A stretch of DNA of 32,000 nucleotides from Candidatus Nitrospira inopinata (GTDB lineage Bacteria > Nitrospirota > Nitrospiria > Nitrospirales > Nitrospiraceae): positions 3,150,001 to 3,182,000 of the forward strand of contig NZ_LN885086.1 in NCBI RefSeq assembly GCF_001458695.1, read 5' to 3'. How positions within the stretch are numbered: position 1 is the stretch's first letter; the number at the start of each line of letters is the position of its first letter. Shown piece by piece: positions 1 through 9,131 of the stretch. The notes under the pieces were generated by a model that was not told the DNA's origin, did not search any database, and saw nothing but the letters and a program-made list of their open reading frames with translations. The position numbers and the translations under genes are program-made.

Positions 1-1114
1 CGACGGGCTGCGGCGCCTTCACCACGATGTCCGGCGTAATCCCCGTCGATTGAATGGTCCGTCCCTTCGGCGTGTAATACTTGGCCGTCGTCAGACGCAG
101 TCCCGACCCGTCGCCGAGCGCCAGAATGGTCTGGACCGATCCCTTGCCGAACGAGGTGGTTCCGACGACGACGGCCCGTCCCCAATCTTGAAGGGCGCCG
201 GCCACGATCTCCGAGGCGCTGGCCGATCCTTCGTTGACCAACACGATGAGAGGAAGATTGTCCAGATGATCTTTGGCCTTGGCGAACCATTCGTCTTTCT
301 TCCCGTCGCGGCTCTTGGTGTAGACGATCAGTTTCCCGCTCGGCAGAAACTGCTCGGAGACGTCGACCGCGGCGGTCAACAGTCCGCCGGGATTGTTCCG
401 TAAATCGATGATGACGCCTTGGACCTTCTGCTCTTTGAATTGTTTGATGGCCTTGGCCAAATCCTTGCCCGTCGATTCTTGGAATTGCGTCAGCCGCACG
501 TATCCCAAATTGTTTTCAATGACCTTCGACTTGACGCTTTCGATCTTGATCGTGTCCCTGACCAACGTAAACACGAGGGGTTCGGGCGTGCCCTCCCGCT
601 GAACCGTCAAACTTACCTTGCTCCCTTTCGGTCCCCGCATCTTTTGGACCGCGTCCATCAAGGAAAGATCTTTCGTCGTTTCATCATTGACCTTGACGAT
701 GAAATCACCGGCCTTGATCCCCGCCCGATGCGCCGGAGTTCCTTCAATGGGCGCGATCACGGCCAAACGATTGTCTTTCACGCCGATCTGGATCCCCACC
801 CCTCCGAATTCTCCCTTGGTCTCAACCTGCATCTCCTTATACATCTCGGGAGTCATATAGGCGGAATGCGGGTCGAGCGTCGCGAGCATGCCGCGAATGG
901 CGCCTTGAATCAATTCTTTCGGCTTCGTCTCGTCCACATAATGTCGCTGAATTTGATTCAGCACTTCGGAAAACGTCTTGAGCTCTTCGTAGGTCTCACT
1001 GGCGTAGCCGGTCCGCTCCCACCCTTTGCCGATCAGAATCCCGCCGAGAAGCGCGATGGCGATCATCGGCCACACCACCCAAGACCTTCGCCGCGGTTGC
1101 TGTTCCATCATCAT
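1..1114 (-). CDS. ctpA: S41 carboxy-terminal processing peptidase (CtpA/Prc family); C-terminus cut by the window edge
   Basis: Absent from the ORF track because its stop lies left of position 1. Hand translation of the minus strand from ATG 1114-1112 gives MMMEQQPRRRSWVVWPMIAIALLGGIL (membrane anchor), GEFGGVGIQIG, PDZ-like GTPAHRAGIKAGDFIVKVND, then S41 blocks IIDLRNNPGG, VLVNEGSASASEIVAGALQD and GTTSFGKGSVQT. The frame stays open to position 1. Confidence 0.9.
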   Translation of the reverse strand, partial: MMMEQQPRRRSWVVWPMIAIALLGGILIGKGWERTGYASETYEELKTFSEVLNQIQRHYVDETKPKELIQGAIRGMLATLDPHSAYMTPEMYKEMQVETKGEFGGVGIQIGVKDNRLAVIAPIEGTPAHRAGIKAGDFIVKVNDETTKDLSLMDAVQKMRGPKGSKVSLTVQREGTPEPLVFTLVRDTIKIESVKSKVIENNLGYVRLTQFQESTGKDLAKAIKQFKEQKVQGVIIDLRNNPGGLLTAAVDVSEQFLPSGKLIVYTKSRDGKKDEWFAKAKDHLDNLPLIVLVNEGSASASEIVAGALQDWGRAVVVGTTSFGKGSVQTILALGDGSGLRLTTAKYYTPKGRTIQSTGITPDIVVKAPQPV

Positions 1115-1165
1115 CCCATCCCTTCATTCATCCATCGAACATTCGGCCCGCGCTTCGCGCGGGAA

Positions 1166-2353
1166 TCAACGCCTCGCCAGCCACTGAAGCGGGTCCACCG
1201 GCTCGGTTCCCTGACGCAGTTCAAAGTACAAAGTGTTTTCCCCGATGACACCCGTGTCTCCCGTTTCCCCAATGGGATGCCCCCCGGCAACCTGCTCTCC
1301 GACTTTCACCAAGACCTTCGATGCATGGGCGTACAAAGAAAAAAATCCGTTGCCATGGTCTAGAATTATAACGAGTCCGTAGCCTTTCAACCAGTCCGCA
1401 TAGACCACCGTCCCCGGCATGACGGCCTGGATCGCGCTGCCGTCTTTCGTCCTGATCTCAATTCCCTTGCGATGCACGTACGTGTCGAACGTCGGGTGTT
1501 TTTGTCGGCCGAAAAAGGAGATCACCTGCCCTTCGACCGGCCATGGCAACGTCCCCTTGCCTATGGAGGGGAGCGCAGGAACGGATGTCGGCGGACGCCT
1601 GGCAAGAGCCTGGCGACGGGCTTCCAATTGACGCAACAATCCGTCCACTCGGGACGCGGATCGTTCAAGCTCTTCCACTACGCGATCGTAAGCCTCTTTT
1701 TCTTGCGTAATTTTAACCAGATACACCTTCTTTTGCTTCTGGAGCGATTGAATGTCCGCCAGCTTTTTCTCGATGCGTTCCTTGAACGTCACCAAGCCGG
1801 CGCGAGCCTCCGCCCGCTGCCGTTCCGCCTGCTCCATCCGCGTCATGTCGGCTTTGAATTCGCCCATCAACTCATAGTCTTTATGAGTCACCGTCGACAA
1901 ATATTGGCGACGACGTTGAAAATCCACATAAGAGTCCGACGCCAGCAGCGCCTTCACGTATCCGAACCGCCCCTCCATATACTGGGCTCGCACACGCGCA
2001 AGAATGGCTTCGCGCCGCTCCCGCATGCCGGCGCGCATTACACCGATTCGTTCCGTAATGTCCTCGATTTCCCGATCTTTCTTCCGCAGTTTCTTCATGA
2101 TGTCCTGGTGATCCTGACGATGACGGATCAACCGCTCATCCAGGGACTGGATGCTTTGAAGCAGCGACTCCCGTTTCTTTTCCGCTTCGTCCGCCTGCTT
2201 TCGCTTTTCTTGGATCTTGCCTTTCAGCCGCTCCAGCGCTTTTCGCTCTTGCTCGATTTTCTCGGTGATGGAATCGCCGGCGAACGCGGATTCCCATCCG
2301 GCTCCCACCGCCGCGCAGCAGAGGGCGGCCGCCAACAGCCGCTTCACCCTCAT
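1166..2353 (-). CDS. envC: EnvC-like murein hydrolase activator (signal peptide, long coiled coil, C-terminal LytM/M23 domain)
   Basis: 395-aa ORF with signal peptide MRVKRLLAAALCCAAVGAG, about 230 aa of heptad-like K/E/R/Q-rich sequence, and a C-terminal M23 fold (GIEIRT...VVYADWLKGYGLVIILDHGNGFFSLYAHAS). The usual HxxxD and HxH metal ligands look degenerate, as in EnvC-type activators. Its ATG overlaps the ftsX stop (ATGA at 2350-2353). Confidence 0.85.
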   Translation of the reverse strand: MRVKRLLAAALCCAAVGAGWESAFAGDSITEKIEQERKALERLKGKIQEKRKQADEAEKKRESLLQSIQSLDERLIRHRQDHQDIMKKLRKKDREIEDITERIGVMRAGMRERREAILARVRAQYMEGRFGYVKALLASDSYVDFQRRRQYLSTVTHKDYELMGEFKADMTRMEQAERQRAEARAGLVTFKERIEKKLADIQSLQKQKKVYLVKITQEKEAYDRVVEELERSASRVDGLLRQLEARRQALARRPPTSVPALPSIGKGTLPWPVEGQVISFFGRQKHPTFDTYVHRKGIEIRTKDGSAIQAVMPGTVVYADWLKGYGLVIILDHGNGFFSLYAHASKVLVKVGEQVAGGHPIGETGDTGVIGENTLYFELRQGTEPVDPLQWLARR

Positions 2354-3249
2354 CGCCGCCGTTCTCCAACCCGCAGCAGTGAGATCATGCTGCCGACGAC
2401 TCCCAACCCCATCCCCACCGCGACGAACGCCGCGGAAAGGGAAAGGGGGAAAAACGACACCAGCTCTTCAAAGCCGTGAAATCGGCCGACCGACCCGATG
2501 TGATGCCTGAACACCTCGAATCCCGCTTTGAGCATCCCCAACGCCAACGCGCTGCCTCCCCCCCCCAGCACCGCGCCTTCCAGCAGGTAGGGGATCCGGA
2601 TGAACGCGCTGGTGGCCCCCACCAGCCGAAGAATTTCGACTTCCTCCCGCCGGGCGAAGAGCGCGAGTCTGATCGTATTGCCGATGATGGTCACCGCGGC
2701 GGCGGACAGAATCGCGCCGACGCCGATCGCCGTCAGTTCGAGGTAACGAATGACTTCGGCCACTGCGTCGATCCATTCTCGATTATAATCGATCTTTGCG
2801 ACTCCGGCCATGCCGCCGACGCGATCGGCCCAGCGCGCGACCGCCTCCGGCGAGCGAAAATCCGGCGCCGGAGTGACCACAAACGACGCGGGCAGCGGAT
2901 TTTCCCCGAGCCCTTCCAGGAGGTGGAAATCGGTCGGGAACTGCGCTCGAAATTCGCCCAAGGCCTCTTCTTTGGAGATGTAGCGAAGAGCGGCGACCAG
3001 CCGATCCATCCGGAGCCGATCCCGCAGCGCTTGGACCTCCTCCCGCGACACCGCGTCGTCCAAGTAGACGATGATTTTGATGTCCTCTTGCAGCCAGTTC
3101 GCGGCATTGCGGAGGTTGACGTAGGACAGCAAAAAAATTCCCACGCAGGCCAGCGTGAACGCCGTGGTCAAGATCGCCACGACCGTGGTCATGCGGTTCG
3201 TCCGCAAATTCGCGTAGGCCTCGCGCACCAGATACCAAAGCCACCTCAT
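2350..3249 (-). CDS. ftsX: Cell division permease-like protein FtsX
   Basis: 299-aa ORF with FtsX topology: N-terminal TM (VVAILTTAFTLACVGIFLL), a periplasmic loop of about 100 aa, and three C-terminal TMs. It lies directly downstream of ftsE and is translationally coupled to envC. Confidence 0.92.
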   Translation of the reverse strand: MRWLWYLVREAYANLRTNRMTTVVAILTTAFTLACVGIFLLSYVNLRNAANWLQEDIKIIVYLDDAVSREEVQALRDRLRMDRLVAALRYISKEEALGEFRAQFPTDFHLLEGLGENPLPASFVVTPAPDFRSPEAVARWADRVGGMAGVAKIDYNREWIDAVAEVIRYLELTAIGVGAILSAAAVTIIGNTIRLALFARREEVEILRLVGATSAFIRIPYLLEGAVLGGGGSALALGMLKAGFEVFRHHIGSVGRFHGFEELVSFFPLSLSAAFVAVGMGLGVVGSMISLLRVGERRR

Positions 3250-3266
3250 ATCTTCCGATGCCTCGC

Positions 3267-3944
3267 CTAGCCCGGCCCCTGCACGACGGTTCCTTGCGCC
3301 AACGTCAACACGCGTCGATTGGCCAGCGTCATGACGTGAGGGTCATGGGTCGCCACCACCACAGTGGTCCCTCTGGCGTTGATCAATTTGAACAACTCGA
3401 TGATTTCGGCGGTCCGTTCGGGATCGAGATTGCCCGTCGGCTCATCCGCCAGCAGCACCACCGGTCCATTGACGATCGCCCGCGCGATGCAAACGCGCTG
3501 TCGTTCTCCGGCCGATAAGCTGTTGGGAAGCTGATCCTTTTTATGCTCGACGCCGACCGCCCTGAGCGCTTCGAGCACTTTACGGCGGATGTCCGCCATT
3601 GAAGCCCGCTGGACAATCAAGGGAAGCGAGACGTTGTCAAACACGGTCTTATTGGGCAGAAGGCGAAAATCCTGAAAAACGGTCCCTATTTTTCGCCGGA
3701 GATACGGCACCTCGGCTTGCTTCAACCGGCCGACGTTTCTCCCGTGCACGAAGATCTGTCCCTGATCCGGCCGTTCTTCCCCGATCAACAGGCGCAGCAG
3801 CGTCGATTTTCCGGCCCCGCTCGCTCCCATGAGCAAAACGAATTCTCCCTTGGCGATGTCCAGCGTCACGTCGGACAGCGCCGCCCGGCGGTCGTAACTT
3901 TTGGAGACATGGATTAGTTGAATAATGGCTTCCGGCGAGGCCAT
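3267..3944 (-). CDS. ftsE: Cell division ATP-binding protein FtsE
   Basis: Walker A GASGAGKST, ABC signature LSAGERQR, Walker B VLLADEPTGNLD. The ORF track extends to 4061, but that would overlap yraN. ATG at 3944 gives MASPEAIIQLIHVSKSY, the family-typical N-terminus, 15 nt after the yraN stop. Confidence 0.92.
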   Translation of the reverse strand: MASPEAIIQLIHVSKSYDRRAALSDVTLDIAKGEFVLLMGASGAGKSTLLRLLIGEERPDQGQIFVHGRNVGRLKQAEVPYLRRKIGTVFQDFRLLPNKTVFDNVSLPLIVQRASMADIRRKVLEALRAVGVEHKKDQLPNSLSAGERQRVCIARAIVNGPVVLLADEPTGNLDPERTAEIIELFKLINARGTTVVVATHDPHVMTLANRRVLTLAQGTVVQGPG

Positions 3945-3958
3945 GAATCGATTACCGT

Positions 3959-4357
3959 TCAATACGTCTCTTTTTCCGAAGCGTCGAACGCGTTTTCCAG
4001 ATGCACGATCCGCCCCCCTCGATCGGGGTCCCCTTGCACCGCGATCACGTCGAATCGGCACCGCCGATCGGACAGACGGCGCTGCGCCGTGTACTGTGAA
4101 GCCAACCGCACCAACTTCTCCTGTTTGCGCCGCCCCACGGCCAGCAACGCCCCGCCGAACGCCTCCGTGGCGCGCGCCTTTACTTCAACAAAGACCAGCA
4201 CGCCGCCGTCTTCGGCGACAAGGTCCAACTCGCCCAGCGAGGTTCTCAAGTTCCGTTCTAAAATGCGATAGCCTTTGGCTCGAAGAAATTGCTCCGCCAT
4301 CAGCTCGCTTGCGCGACCGAACCGGTGACGAGGATCCTTCGCGTCAAATGGCTTCAT
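3959..4357 (-). CDS. yraN: YraN family (UPF0102) PD-(D/E)xK endonuclease-like protein
   Basis: 132 aa with the family pattern ELMAEQFLRAKGYRILERN...GELDLVAEDGGVLVFVEVKAR, in the conserved position upstream of rnhB. Confidence 0.88.
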   Translation of the reverse strand: MKPFDAKDPRHRFGRASELMAEQFLRAKGYRILERNLRTSLGELDLVAEDGGVLVFVEVKARATEAFGGALLAVGRRKQEKLVRLASQYTAQRRLSDRRCRFDVIAVQGDPDRGGRIVHLENAFDASEKETY

Positions 4358-4379
4358 CGACCTCGATTTCGCGACCCGG

Positions 4380-5012
4380 TCATGACGAACCGGCCGCGCG
4401 AGCGCAAGCGGCCGCCTCCCGTACCGGTCCGAAAGTCAGACGATGAATGGGACTGGGGCCGAACTGCGCCAAGAGCCGCAGATGCTCGGAAGTCCCATAC
4501 CCTTTGTGCGACGGAAAATTATACTGTGGATAGAGGTCGTGGTATTCCACCATCAGACGATCGCGCGTCACTTTGGCGACGATTGACGCGGCGGCAATCG
4601 AAAGGGACAGGGCGTCGCCTTTAATGATCGGGCGAAGCGGAATCGAGAGAGCGGGGAGAGTAACCGCGTCCGTGAGCACGTAATCCGGAGGGGGTGACAA
4701 GCGGGCGAGAGCCCGACCCATCGCCAGGCGTGTCGCTTCCAGGATATTGAGCGCATCGATTTCCGCGGCATCCGCCGATCCGACGCCCACGCCGACGGCT
4801 CGATCTAAAATAAGGCGATACAACCGTTCTCGCGCTTCCTCCGACAACCGTTTTGAGTCGTCGATGCCGATTGAGCCGACGTGGGCGGGCCAAATCACCG
4901 CCGCCGCGACCACCGGACCGGCCAAGGGGCCTCGCCCCGCTTCATCCAAGCCGGCGACACGGCGGTACCCCCGCCGCCTGGCTTCTTGCTCGAACTCGTC
5001 GGCAGGCCCCAC
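4380..5012 (-). CDS. rnhB: Ribonuclease HII
   Basis: 210 aa with GLDEAGRGPLAGPVVAAAV, DDSKRL and ASIVAKVTRD motifs. GTG start at 5012. Confidence 0.92.
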   Translation of the reverse strand: MGPADEFEQEARRRGYRRVAGLDEAGRGPLAGPVVAAAVIWPAHVGSIGIDDSKRLSEEARERLYRLILDRAVGVGVGSADAAEIDALNILEATRLAMGRALARLSPPPDYVLTDAVTLPALSIPLRPIIKGDALSLSIAAASIVAKVTRDRLMVEYHDLYPQYNFPSHKGYGTSEHLRLLAQFGPSPIHRLTFGPVREAAACARAAGSS

Positions 5013-5079
5013 TGGCTTGCACCTCTGGGCTGTTCCTCCGCATGAGACACGAAACGGACCCTTGAGAATCGGAGCAGAC

Positions 5080-5496
5080 TCAAGCGATCGATGACGCGCT
5101 CACGCCTTCTTCGGGAACGGCGGCCGACTTCGAAGCGGACTTGTTCTCGCCGCTGAACTCCCGCTCTTCTATCTTGGCGAACCGTCCCTTTTTACCCCGG
5201 AGATAATAAAGTTTGGCTCGTCGCACGCGCCCGTGCCGGACGACGTCAACCTTGGAGACGATCGGCGAATGCACCGGGAAGATACGTTCGACGCCGACGC
5301 CGTACGACATCTTGCGCACCGTAAACGTTTCCGTGTTCAAAGACCCCTTCCGGGCGATCACCGTGCCCTCGTACACTTGGATTCGCTCCTTGTCTCCTTC
5401 GACGACTTTGACGTGCACTCTCACGACGTCCCCGATCTCAAAACTCGGAGCCGACTTTTTCGTCAACGACTGGCGCACCCGTTCCAACCGATTCAT
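5080..5496 (-). CDS. rplS: 50S ribosomal protein L19 (with a C-terminal tail of about 20 aa)
   Basis: 138 aa: [33 protein letters not shown]...TFTVRK...[11 protein letters not shown]. The start overlaps the trmD stop (ATGA at 5493-5496). Confidence 0.95.
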   Translation of the reverse strand: MNRLERVRQSLTKKSAPSFEIGDVVRVHVKVVEGDKERIQVYEGTVIARKGSLNTETFTVRKMSYGVGVERIFPVHSPIVSKVDVVRHGRVRRAKLYYLRGKKGRFAKIEEREFSGENKSASKSAAVPEEGVSASSIA

Positions 5497-6290
5497 GAAC
5501 GTATCCCTCCCTCCTCCCCACCGTACGAAGGCGCCGCGAGGGCGCCTTCACGGATCATTTCATCCAACAATTGTCGATCTTCTCCCGTCAAGACCCGATT
5601 CCTCAACAGATCCGGTCGTTTGAGATACGTGCTGCGCAACGCTTGTTTCCTCCGCCACAAACGGATCGCTTCATGGTGCCCGGACAGCAGCACATCCGGC
5701 ACGTCCAACCCCCGCACTCGAGCCGGCCTGGTGTAGTGCGGATATTCCAGCAACGAATCCGCAAACGACTCTTCCATCATGGACTCGGGAGCGCCCAATA
5801 CGCCTGGAACCAACCGCGACGTTGCATCGATCAGAATGAGCGCGGGCAGTTCGCCCCCCGTCAACACATAGTCCCCGACCGAGACTTCTTCAGGAGACAA
5901 GGCGATTCTCACCCGCTCATCAATCCCCTCGTAATGGCCGCAGAGGATGACCATGCGACGCCCTTCGCACGCGAGCTGCCGGGCGTACTCGTGCGAAAAA
6001 GGCCGGCCGTGAGGAGTCGGAAACAACAACCGCAGGCGCTCCCCCGTCTCATACGCCTCTTGAAGAAGCGCGTCGACGGCGCGAAAAATCGGCTCGGCCT
6101 TGATGACCATCCCGGCCCCTCCGCCATAGGGTACGTCATCGACGGTCTTGTGGCGGTCGTCGGTATACGTTCGCAGATTGTGAACCCTGACATCGAGCAA
6201 CCCCTTGTCACGGGCTCGTTTGAGTATGCTGTGCCCCAAAACGTCGGAGATCATGTCCGGGAACAGCGTCAAGACGTCAAACCGAAGCAT
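5493..6290 (-). CDS. trmD: tRNA (guanine37-N1)-methyltransferase TrmD
   Basis: 265 aa: [13 protein letters not shown]..., [40 protein letters not shown]. Sits in the conserved rpsP-rimM-trmD-rplS order. Confidence 0.95.
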   Translation of the reverse strand: MLRFDVLTLFPDMISDVLGHSILKRARDKGLLDVRVHNLRTYTDDRHKTVDDVPYGGGAGMVIKAEPIFRAVDALLQEAYETGERLRLLFPTPHGRPFSHEYARQLACEGRRMVILCGHYEGIDERVRIALSPEEVSVGDYVLTGGELPALILIDATSRLVPGVLGAPESMMEESFADSLLEYPHYTRPARVRGLDVPDVLLSGHHEAIRLWRRKQALRSTYLKRPDLLRNRVLTGEDRQLLDEMIREGALAAPSYGGEEGGIRS

Positions 6291-6810
6291 CGCGCTCGTC
6301 CGTCGAATCCATCATATGGACCGTCATCAACCTATTTTCGATATCAACCTGGGTGACCCACTCCCTGACCGCCGGGACCAAGGTTTCTTCCTCGCCGTCC
6401 CGGATGACGAACACATGATGAGCGGGCGACTCCCAAATCTCTTCCAGAACTCCGATCCGCTGTCCCCGGTCGTTTTGAACCGTAAGCCCCACCAAATCAC
6501 ATTCGTAATAGTGGTCTACCGGAGGCGCCGGCACCACCCCGCGAGTCACCTGAATGAGTCCACCGCACCAGAGCCTGGCGGCTTCGGGCGTCGTGAGGCC
6601 CGCAAACCCCACGATGAATTCAGATCCGGCTCGTCTTACCCCGGTGACGCTGGTGTCCATGGTCTTCCCGTCTTTGGCGACCAGGCTCACCTTCGAGAGC
6701 GTCTCCATCCGGTCCGGAACGTCGCTCAGGAGGCGAACCTTGACCTCTCCCTTCACACCAAAAGGCCGCTGAATCCGTCCGATCGTCACAAAATCCCGAT
6801 CGAGAACCAT
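6277..6810 (-). CDS. rimM: 16S rRNA processing protein RimM
   Basis: ATG at 6810 gives MVLDRDFVTIGRIQRPFGVKGEVKV, the family N-terminus, preceded by GGGGAGAG. The track start at 6873 would overlap rpsP by 47 nt. PRC-barrel-like C-terminus. The stop overlaps the trmD start by 14 nt. Confidence 0.88.
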   Translation of the reverse strand: MVLDRDFVTIGRIQRPFGVKGEVKVRLLSDVPDRMETLSKVSLVAKDGKTMDTSVTGVRRAGSEFIVGFAGLTTPEAARLWCGGLIQVTRGVVPAPPVDHYYECDLVGLTVQNDRGQRIGVLEEIWESPAHHVFVIRDGEEETLVPAVREWVTQVDIENRLMTVHMMDSTDERDASV

Positions 6811-6826
6811 AAAAAGAAACTCTCCC

Positions 6827-7120
6827 CTACCCCTTCGTGGGAGCCCCTTTTTTGGCGGCCTTTTCGGCCTCAAACTGTTTCCACAGGCCGGAACGGCGGA
6901 GCAAAGTCCGCACGGTGACCGTCGGCTGCGCTCCCTGGTGCAACCAGGAGAGCACCCGCTCTTGTTTCAGCTCCGGGACCCCCGTTTCCTTCAACGGATC
7001 GAAGATTCCGAGAATCTCAATAAATCGTCCGTCCCGCGCCCTGCGGGAATCGGCCGCCACCAATCGATACATGGGTCGTTTATGTCTTCCTGCCCGAGCA
7101 AGCCTCAGATGAACAGCCAC
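6827..7120 (-). CDS. rpsP: 30S ribosomal protein S16
   Basis: 97 aa: MAVHLRLARAGRHKRPMYRLVAADSRRARDGRFIEILGIFDP. GTG start at 7120 with AAGGAGGAG 5-13 nt upstream on the minus strand. Confidence 0.95.
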   Translation of the reverse strand: MAVHLRLARAGRHKRPMYRLVAADSRRARDGRFIEILGIFDPLKETGVPELKQERVLSWLHQGAQPTVTVRTLLRRSGLWKQFEAEKAAKKGAPTKG

Positions 7121-7289
7121 AGACTCCTCCTTGTTCCAACGTGACGCATTATGAATGAAGTGATGAAACGAACCGCGTTAGCTTTTAGGAAAGTTTCCAC
7201 TCCGTCTAAAAATCCGATCATCAACCCTTTCGGGAACACTCAAACCCTTATCTCCTTCCTCTTTCCCTTCTCGGCTCCCGAAGACCGAG

Positions 7290-8648
7290 CTACATCGACC
7301 GCATAAGCTGGGCAAGGTGTCGGCGCGCGCCCGAGCCGGTCATGGCCTTGGCCAATTTTTTCGCCGACAAAAATTGCTTGATCAAACGATTGACCTCTTG
7401 AACGCTGGTGCCGCTTCCTCGAGCAATCCGTTTTTTTCTGTTTCCATTGATGATCGTGTGATCGCGACGCTCGCTGATCGTCATGGAATCGATGATGGCG
7501 ACCACCCGCCTGATTTCCCGTTCCGGCTTGTCGCCCTCGATCATTCCCTTGAGTTTCTGCCCGCCCGGCAACAGGTTGAGAATCTGATCCATCGAGCCGA
7601 GACGACTCATTTGCCCCAATTGAGCGCGAAAATCTTCCAGCGTGAACGTGTTGGTGGTAAGCCGCTTCCGAGCTTCTTCGGCCTGCTGTTGAGAAAAATT
7701 GGCCTGCGCTTTTTCAATCAGCGACAGAACGTCTCCCATGCCAAGAATGCGCGAGGCCATGCGATCCGGATGAAATGCCTCCAAGGCGTCAAGCTTCTCC
7801 CCCACGCCGAGAAACTTCACCGGCTTGCCGGTCACGGCCCGAATCGACAACAACGCCCCTCCGCGCGCGTCGCCCTCGACCTTTGTCAGAATGACGCCGG
7901 TCAAGCCGACCTGTTGATCGAACCGACTCGCCATCGCGACCGCGTCTTGGCCGGTCATGGCGTCGGCGACCAATAACACTTCCTGAGGAGCCACCGCGGT
8001 CTTGGCGGCCACCAGCTCCTCCATCAGTTCATCGTCGATGTGCAGCCGCCCGCCCGTATCCAAGACCGCCAGATCGAAGCCCTGCGCCCGCGCCTGTTCG
8101 ACCCCGGCTTGACAAATCTCCACCACCTCCGATCGGGAAACCGGTGGAGCTCCCTGAGTTCGATCGACACGATACACCTCGATGCCCAAATCGCGTCCTA
8201 GTGCGCTCAATTGCTCTCCCGCCGCGGGCCGGCGGGGATCGGCGGCGACCATCAGCACGCGCTTGCCTTGACTTTTGTAGAAGCGGGCCAACTTGCCGCA
8301 GGTCGTGGTTTTTCCCGCTCCCTGCAACCCAACCAGCATGACGACGGTGGGGGGCTTTGAGCTGAGCGCAAGTCCCGATCGCTCGCCTCCCATCATCTCG
8401 GCCAACTCGTCCAACACGATCTTGACGACCTGATGGCCGGGAGTCAGGCTTTGCAAGACTTCTTGCCCGACGGCTTTCTGTCGAACCCGTTCGATGAAGT
8501 CTTTGACGATTTTAAAATTCACGTCGGCTTCAAGGAGCGCGAGTCGGACTTCCTTGAGCGCCTCGGCGATATTTTGCTCCGTGAGCACGCCCTGCCCGCG
8601 GAGTTTCTTCAAGATCGCTTCAAACTTCTGACTTAACGTTTCAAACAT
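7290..8648 (-). CDS. ffh: Signal recognition particle protein Ffh
   Basis: ATG at 8648 gives MFETLSQKFEAILKKLRG, the canonical Ffh N-terminus; the track start at 8759 adds 37 non-conserved aa. GTPase motifs GLQGAGKTT, DTGGR, TKVEGD; Met-rich M domain. Confidence 0.95.
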   Translation of the reverse strand: MFETLSQKFEAILKKLRGQGVLTEQNIAEALKEVRLALLEADVNFKIVKDFIERVRQKAVGQEVLQSLTPGHQVVKIVLDELAEMMGGERSGLALSSKPPTVVMLVGLQGAGKTTTCGKLARFYKSQGKRVLMVAADPRRPAAGEQLSALGRDLGIEVYRVDRTQGAPPVSRSEVVEICQAGVEQARAQGFDLAVLDTGGRLHIDDELMEELVAAKTAVAPQEVLLVADAMTGQDAVAMASRFDQQVGLTGVILTKVEGDARGGALLSIRAVTGKPVKFLGVGEKLDALEAFHPDRMASRILGMGDVLSLIEKAQANFSQQQAEEARKRLTTNTFTLEDFRAQLGQMSRLGSMDQILNLLPGGQKLKGMIEGDKPEREIRRVVAIIDSMTISERRDHTIINGNRKKRIARGSGTSVQEVNRLIKQFLSAKKLAKAMTGSGARRHLAQLMRSM

Positions 8649-8730
8649 AGGCTCACAAAGAAAGAGGCCATCGAAGCCCTGGATCAGAGATCTCCGATCG
8701 CCTCGAAAAAACTGGGAAAACGGTAGGAGC

Positions 8731-8759
8731 AGTCTATAGAACCGCTTCTTGCAAGTCAA
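8731..8759 (-). promoter_or_regulatory. Candidate sigma70-type promoter for ffh
   Basis: The minus strand reads TTGACT (8759-8754), then 15 nt to TATAGA or 17 nt to TAGACT, about 75 nt upstream of the ffh ATG. It mirrors the plus-strand promoter at 8794-8822. Confidence 0.35.
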
Positions 8760-8793
8760 GGCGGCGCCCTATCGGCTTAAGTCGTCGGATTTA

Positions 8794-8822
8794 TTGACTT
8801 GCTCGAAACCTTGCTATATGGT
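8794..8822 (+). promoter_or_regulatory. Candidate sigma70-type promoter for the DUF4321 gene
   Basis: TTGACT at 8794-8799, then 15 nt to TATATG or 17 nt to TATGGT, about 45 nt upstream of the GTG start at 8867. Confidence 0.35.
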
Positions 8823-8866
8823 GCCGTGGTATTCCGTCTTCTTATTTCGGAGAGGTCGGCGCGCTC

Positions 8867-9127
8867 GTGCGAAAGTCACCGTGGGTGCTGTTCATTTTTA
8901 TTCTCATCGGAGGTCTGTTGGGAGGCATTCTCGGGGAAATTCTTCACGTCATGGCTCCTCAAGGCATGATTCAGAGTATCTTCTCCACCCATTTCACCCC
9001 CGGGATCAATCCTCCTCTCACGCTCGATCTGGTCCTGCTGAAACTCACCGTGGGGATCGGCGTCAAAATCAACATCATCAGCATCCTGGGTATGTTCATC
9101 GGCATCTATCTCTACAAACACATCTAG
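8867..9127 (+). CDS. Small two-TM membrane protein, DUF4321-like
   Basis: 86 aa, GTG start with GGAGAGG 11 nt upstream. WVLFIFILIGGLLGGILGEIL ... INIISILGMFIGIYLYKHI resembles my memory of the DUF4321 family pattern. Confidence 0.75.
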   Translation: MRKSPWVLFIFILIGGLLGGILGEILHVMAPQGMIQSIFSTHFTPGINPPLTLDLVLLKLTVGIGVKINIISILGMFIGIYLYKHI

Positions 9128-9131
9128 CCCC

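Noticed and set aside
3945-4061. 5' extensions of ftsE (to 4061), ffh (to 8759), uvrB (to 11333), rimM (to 6873), the C-N hydrolase (to 25695) and the RRM gene (to 11583) as given by the longest-ORF track
   Set aside because: The extensions overlap upstream genes or terminators and add non-conserved Arg-rich sequence. Internal starts have good SD sequences and reproduce family-typical N-termini.
7270-7289. Hairpin immediately downstream of the ffh stop as a terminator
   Set aside because: The stem has only 5-6 bp and is followed by a purine-rich tract rather than a U-tract on the minus strand. It does not qualify as an intrinsic terminator.
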